From an uncultured virus (IMG/VR IMGVR_UViG_3300025133_000078) (taxonomy: Duplodnaviria; Heunggongvirae; Uroviricota; Caudoviricetes): a stretch of DNA of 20,000 nucleotides. Made by a program: the position numbers and the translations under genes. The stretch lies in the IMG/VR virus record IMGVR_UViG_3300025133_000078. One strand, 5' to 3'. A model generated the notes under the pieces. The model ran no database searches and was not told the origin of the DNA. It saw only the letters and a program-made list of their open reading frames with translations. Positions within the stretch are counted from its first letter, which is position 1. Every line of letters starts with the position of its first letter. Positions 16,612 to 20,000 of this stretch are shown piece after piece.

Positions 16612-18555
16612 ATGACACACGATTCAAAAACTGATAAATTTTTAAAAATAGCAGAATTACATAAAAAAGATAAGAAAAAAGAGAAATTCCAGGGTACCTT
16701 TTCTGAATTTCTTGAGCTTGTAGAACAAGATAAAAATCTTTCTGAACTGGCCCACAAAAGGCTGTATAAATCAATCACCAAATACGGCACCACAAAGATG
16801 TCGGAAGAAGATGCTCGCTGTAATAATTTATTTAACGGCGACGAGATAAAGACTTATGATTATTTCCAAAGCAAATTTTTTGGAATGGAAAGGTCTTTGT
16901 TAAAAATTATGAGATATCTTCATTCCGCCGCAATGAGGGGAGAGGAGAGTCGACAGGTTCTACTTTTGCTCGGACCCGTTGGCGCCGGCAAGTCTGCCCT
17001 CGTAGAGCACATTAAGCGGGCCCTGGAGACGTCCGGACCACTTTACGCACTTGAGGGTTGCCCTATTAATGAAAGCCCCCTACACCTCATTCCACGGGGT
17101 CTAAGGGGGGAATTCCAAGAACTGTACGGAATAAAAATAGAGGGTGATCTATGCCCGGTGTGCCGGCACAAATTATTAGAAGAACTTGGGGGAGATTATA
17201 TGTCTTTTGCGGTAAAAGAGACCTCATTCTCCGTCCGAGGAAGGAGAGGGGTCGGAGTAGTTCCCCCCATGGATGCTAATACCCAGGATACAAGCATTCT
17301 AATAGGGTCGGAGGACATTTCAAAACTTGACCTATATCCAGAGGACGACCCGCGAGCACTAAGTCTTAACGGGGCCTTTAACGTAGGAAATCGCGGCATA
17401 GTTGAATTTGTCGAGGTTTTCAAAAATGAAATTGAATTCTTGCATACCATGATCACCGCAACACAGGAAAAAGCTATTCCTAGCCCGGGAAAGGGCGCCA
17501 TGATTTATTTTGATGGTGTAATCCTCGCCCACTGTAACGAGGCCGAGTGGAACAAGTTTAAGTCAGAGAGCACAAATGAGGCAATTCTTGATAGAATCGT
17601 CCGTGTAAACGTGCCATACTGTCTTGAAGTAGAAGAAGAACAAAAGATTTATAATAAGATGTTGGAGGAGTCAGATTTCGATTCCCACATCGCACCACAT
17701 ACCCTTGAAATCGCAGCTATGTTTGCTGTTTTATCGAGAATTAAATCATCAAACAAGGTCGATCCAATGACTAAAATGAAAATCTACAACGGACAGAACA
17801 TTGTCGAGAAAGGATACATTAAGAAAGTTGATATCAATGACTTGAGGGAAGAAGTAAGAGATGAGGGAATGACGGGAATCTCTACCAGATTTGTTATGAA
17901 GGCCATCGACGCAGCCCTTGCAGATTCGGAAAATAATATGGTAACTCCAATTTCAATCAGAGACTCCCTCGTCAAGCAGGTCAAAGAACAGGTTGTCGTT
18001 GAGGAGCTAAGAGAGAAATATCTTTCATTCCTCCAAAAAGAACTTCATGATGAATATTTGAAAATGCTCGAAAAGGAAATTACAAAAGCATTTGTTTCGG
18101 CGTATCAAGAGCAAGCAGAATCTCTGTTTGACAATTACTTAGATCATGCCGAGGCTTATGTCAACGGAACAAAGGTAAAGGACAAGACGACAAAAGAGGA
18201 GATGAACGCTGATGAAAGTTTTCTAACCTCTATCGAAGAGCAGATTGGAATCGTTGGATCCGCAAGGGAAAATTTTAGAGCAGATATTACGGCCTACATG
18301 TTCGCCAAATTGAGAAAGAAAGAGAAGATCGATTGGACTTCCTACGGCCCCCTCAAAGAAGCGATTGAAAATAAGTTGTTGACATCTGTTAGAGAGATTT
18401 CGAGAATTGTTACTAAATCTAAGTCGAGAGATAAAAAACAACAGAAGAAATATGGTGAAATGGTTCAGACCTTAATAGAAGAATATGGCTATAACGAAGA
18501 CTCCGCCAATGAAATTATTAAGTATGCGTCAAATAATTTGTGGCGTGATAGCTAA
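16612..18555 (+). CDS. prkA: PrkA/YeaG family AAA+ ATPase (annotated as serine protein kinase)
   Basis: Likely start is ATG 16612, 1 nt after the spoVR stop, rather than TTG 16585. Walker A LLLLGPVGAGKS, GCPINESPLHLIP, LCPVC, DDPRA...G....NRGIVEFVEVFK, TATQE, AHCNEAEW, NEAILDRI, VPYCL, HIAPHTL, EGMTGISTRF and C-terminal YGY. Confidence 0.95.
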   Translation: MTHDSKTDKFLKIAELHKKDKKKEKFQGTFSEFLELVEQDKNLSELAHKRLYKSITKYGTTKMSEEDARCNNLFNGDEIKTYDYFQSKFFGMERSLLKIMRYLHSAAMRGEESRQVLLLLGPVGAGKSALVEHIKRALETSGPLYALEGCPINESPLHLIPRGLRGEFQELYGIKIEGDLCPVCRHKLLEELGGDYMSFAVKETSFSVRGRRGVGVVPPMDANTQDTSILIGSEDISKLDLYPEDDPRALSLNGAFNVGNRGIVEFVEVFKNEIEFLHTMITATQEKAIPSPGKGAMIYFDGVILAHCNEAEWNKFKSESTNEAILDRIVRVNVPYCLEVEEEQKIYNKMLEESDFDSHIAPHTLEIAAMFAVLSRIKSSNKVDPMTKMKIYNGQNIVEKGYIKKVDINDLREEVRDEGMTGISTRFVMKAIDAALADSENNMVTPISIRDSLVKQVKEQVVVEELREKYLSFLQKELHDEYLKMLEKEITKAFVSAYQEQAESLFDNYLDHAEAYVNGTKVKDKTTKEEMNADESFLTSIEEQIGIVGSARENFRADITAYMFAKLRKKEKIDWTSYGPLKEAIENKLLTSVREISRIVTKSKSRDKKQQKKYGEMVQTLIEEYGYNEDSANEIIKYASNNLWRDS

Positions 18556-18584
18556 ATAGACCAGCCAAACTGCTCATAAGGCGA

Positions 18585-18622
18585 AATCCTCGTAAGAAAT
18601 CTTACGGGGATTATTTTTTTTT
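18585..18622 (+). terminator. Rho-independent terminator after prkA
   Basis: AATCCTCGTAAG-AAAT-CTTACGGGGATT, a 12-bp stem, followed by ATTTTTTTTT. Confidence 0.9.
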
Positions 18623-18635
18623 AAAATAAGATAAC

Positions 18636-18786
18636 TTTTGTTGTCTTTTGGGGTGCGGGTTGAGTACATACAACCCGATGGGCAGGCATGTGCCCTTCCA
18701 TCGACGTTTTTGAAGGAATTAAACGTTATAAAAATTCAACAAAAACATCGCCAAACTAAAAGAAAATTAAGTATTCTTTGTTTGGC
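18636..18786 (+). other. Structured intergenic region (multi-hairpin; candidate ncRNA or 5' leader)
   Basis: Five stems identified by eye (details in findings). Confidence 0.4.
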
Positions 18787-18857
18787 AATATTATTTCTAA
18801 CTAACAAGAAGGAGAGATTAATATGAAAATAAATAAAACAAATAAGGAGGGTTTGCC

Positions 18858-20000
18858 ATGGCTTTAAGTGATCATACATTAATCGCAGCTTATCCTCTTG
18901 GTTCTGGAATCGCAGATTTACAGGACAGTTATGATGGATACAGCGCACAAAACATGACATTCGCTGGAGATGGCGACCTATCTGGTCTGCCAGTTGCAGA
19001 TTTCAACAGTTCTTACTATGGAGTCGATAATGACCTCTATAATGGCTTTGATACAGAATACTCATTCTCAATGTGGATGAAGCCGGATACAATTGCTCAT
19101 TCGTGGCTGATGAATAATGAACAGCACGGTTCTTATTATGTTACATGGGGTGTACTTCTTCAGGCAGATGGTCAGGTACAGCTGTTCGTCAGAAATGCCA
19201 ACGGAGGCGCATATGATGTCGCAAGGACCGGAGTATCTCTTGTCGTAGACGAATGGTCTCATGTCGCTGCAACATGGAACGGCACGGAAATTAAATGGTA
19301 TGTCGACGGTGCATTAGAGAGCACCACAGCAGCTTCGAGAATTCCATGGAATTCCCCAGCTACACTTTGGATCGGTGCAAACGCAACGAAATCCGGAGTT
19401 CAAAAATATTATTTCGACGGTAAAATGTCAGATTTAAGGTTCTGGTATTCAGAGCTTACTGCATCCGATATCTCGGAGTTATATGCAGCAGGACAAGTCC
19501 CGATAGACTTGGGCCTCGTCCTTCATCATGACTGTGATGATGCGACAGCAGAGATCGGTGAGGATGTAACTTTTACTGATGTTTCAATTGGCACATCTTC
19601 AGGCCGCACACATTGGGATTTTGCAAATCTCAATTCAAAAGCTGTGTTGTCTGACCCAAATAACCTGCCAGATATGGCTGGTGATTGGACAGTTTCGATG
19701 TGGTTTTCGGAGATGACAGCCCCAACCACTTGGCGATCCATTGCAAAAAGTCAAACAGAACTCTTGGGAGTGGTTTCAAGTCCGCATCACACACCCGCTA
19801 ACACGCTGGGTGTTTATACAACGGGTGGGTATATAAGTGCTGGATACTCGATGAATTATCTTGAATTTCAAAACTGGAATCACATGGTTATCGTCGGTAG
19901 CGGAACAACTACCAAATTTTATATCAATGGCTCACATGTCGGAACGGCACCAGCAAAAGTTTCAACAGATCTCTATTCAATAAATAATCAACCCGTTGGG
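18858..20000 (+). CDS. Tandem LamG/concanavalin A-like domain protein (probable tail fibre or virion adhesin), 3'-truncated
   Basis: Absent from the ORF track because it has no stop in the window. SD TAAGGAGG at 18843-18850, ATG at 18858, open to the end (381 codons). Domain 1: YSFSMWMKP...EWSHVAATWNGTEIKWYVDG...LWIG...YFDGKMSDLRFWYSELTASDISELY. Domain 2: DWTVSMWF...NWNHMVIVGSGTTTKFYING. Confidence 0.88.
   Translation, partial: MALSDHTLIAAYPLGSGIADLQDSYDGYSAQNMTFAGDGDLSGLPVADFNSSYYGVDNDLYNGFDTEYSFSMWMKPDTIAHSWLMNNEQHGSYYVTWGVLLQADGQVQLFVRNANGGAYDVARTGVSLVVDEWSHVAATWNGTEIKWYVDGALESTTAASRIPWNSPATLWIGANATKSGVQKYYFDGKMSDLRFWYSELTASDISELYAAGQVPIDLGLVLHHDCDDATAEIGEDVTFTDVSIGTSSGRTHWDFANLNSKAVLSDPNNLPDMAGDWTVSMWFSEMTAPTTWRSIAKSQTELLGVVSSPHHTPANTLGVYTTGGYISAGYSMNYLEFQNWNHMVIVGSGTTTKFYINGSHVGTAPAKVSTDLYSINNQPVG

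Noticed and set aside
14104..18555. Interpreting the triad as host chromosome flanking a prophage
   Set aside because: It overlaps the phage neck gene by ATGA and is followed by a phage-type LamG gene. No integrase, att-like repeat or other housekeeping genes are visible.
18638..18826. 62-aa + strand ORF (and 74-aa - strand ORF 18736-18960) in the intergenic region
   Set aside because: The + strand ORF has a TTG start with no SD, neither has recognisable protein features, and the region is better explained by stem-loops.
1..20000. Stop-codon reassignment (code 15 or 4), as seen in some large phages
   Set aside because: Conserved genes are full length in the standard code. TAG (e.g. 5678, 7484, 7799, 12401) and TGA (4840, 5379, 14107, 15312) both end genes at positions that fit tight packing.

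Overview
The whole window is the + strand late (virion morphogenesis) region of a large T4-like tailed dsDNA phage, using the standard genetic code. Gene order: partial conserved hypothetical, terminase large subunit, portal (gp20), several small hypotheticals, prohead protease (gp21), a phage-encoded ribosomal protein bS21, scaffold (gp22-like), major capsid protein (gp23), terminator, then neck and tail-completion genes (gp13, gp15-like, gp14). A complete bacterial-type YeaH/YhbH (VWA) - SpoVR/YcgB - PrkA/YeaG (AAA+) triad follows, with its first gene overlapping the last neck gene. After a second terminator and a structured ~150-nt intergenic region, a tandem-LamG-domain protein runs off the window. 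The most interesting items are the PrkA/YeaH/SpoVR triad embedded in the neck operon, bS21 in the head cluster, a recurring (A/C)CTATTTA(T/C) candidate late-promoter motif, an unannotated 17-aa Cys-containing micro-ORF with an extended SD, and a multi-hairpin RNA with a uORF upstream of the LamG gene. All calls come from motif recognition by eye; no database searches were run.
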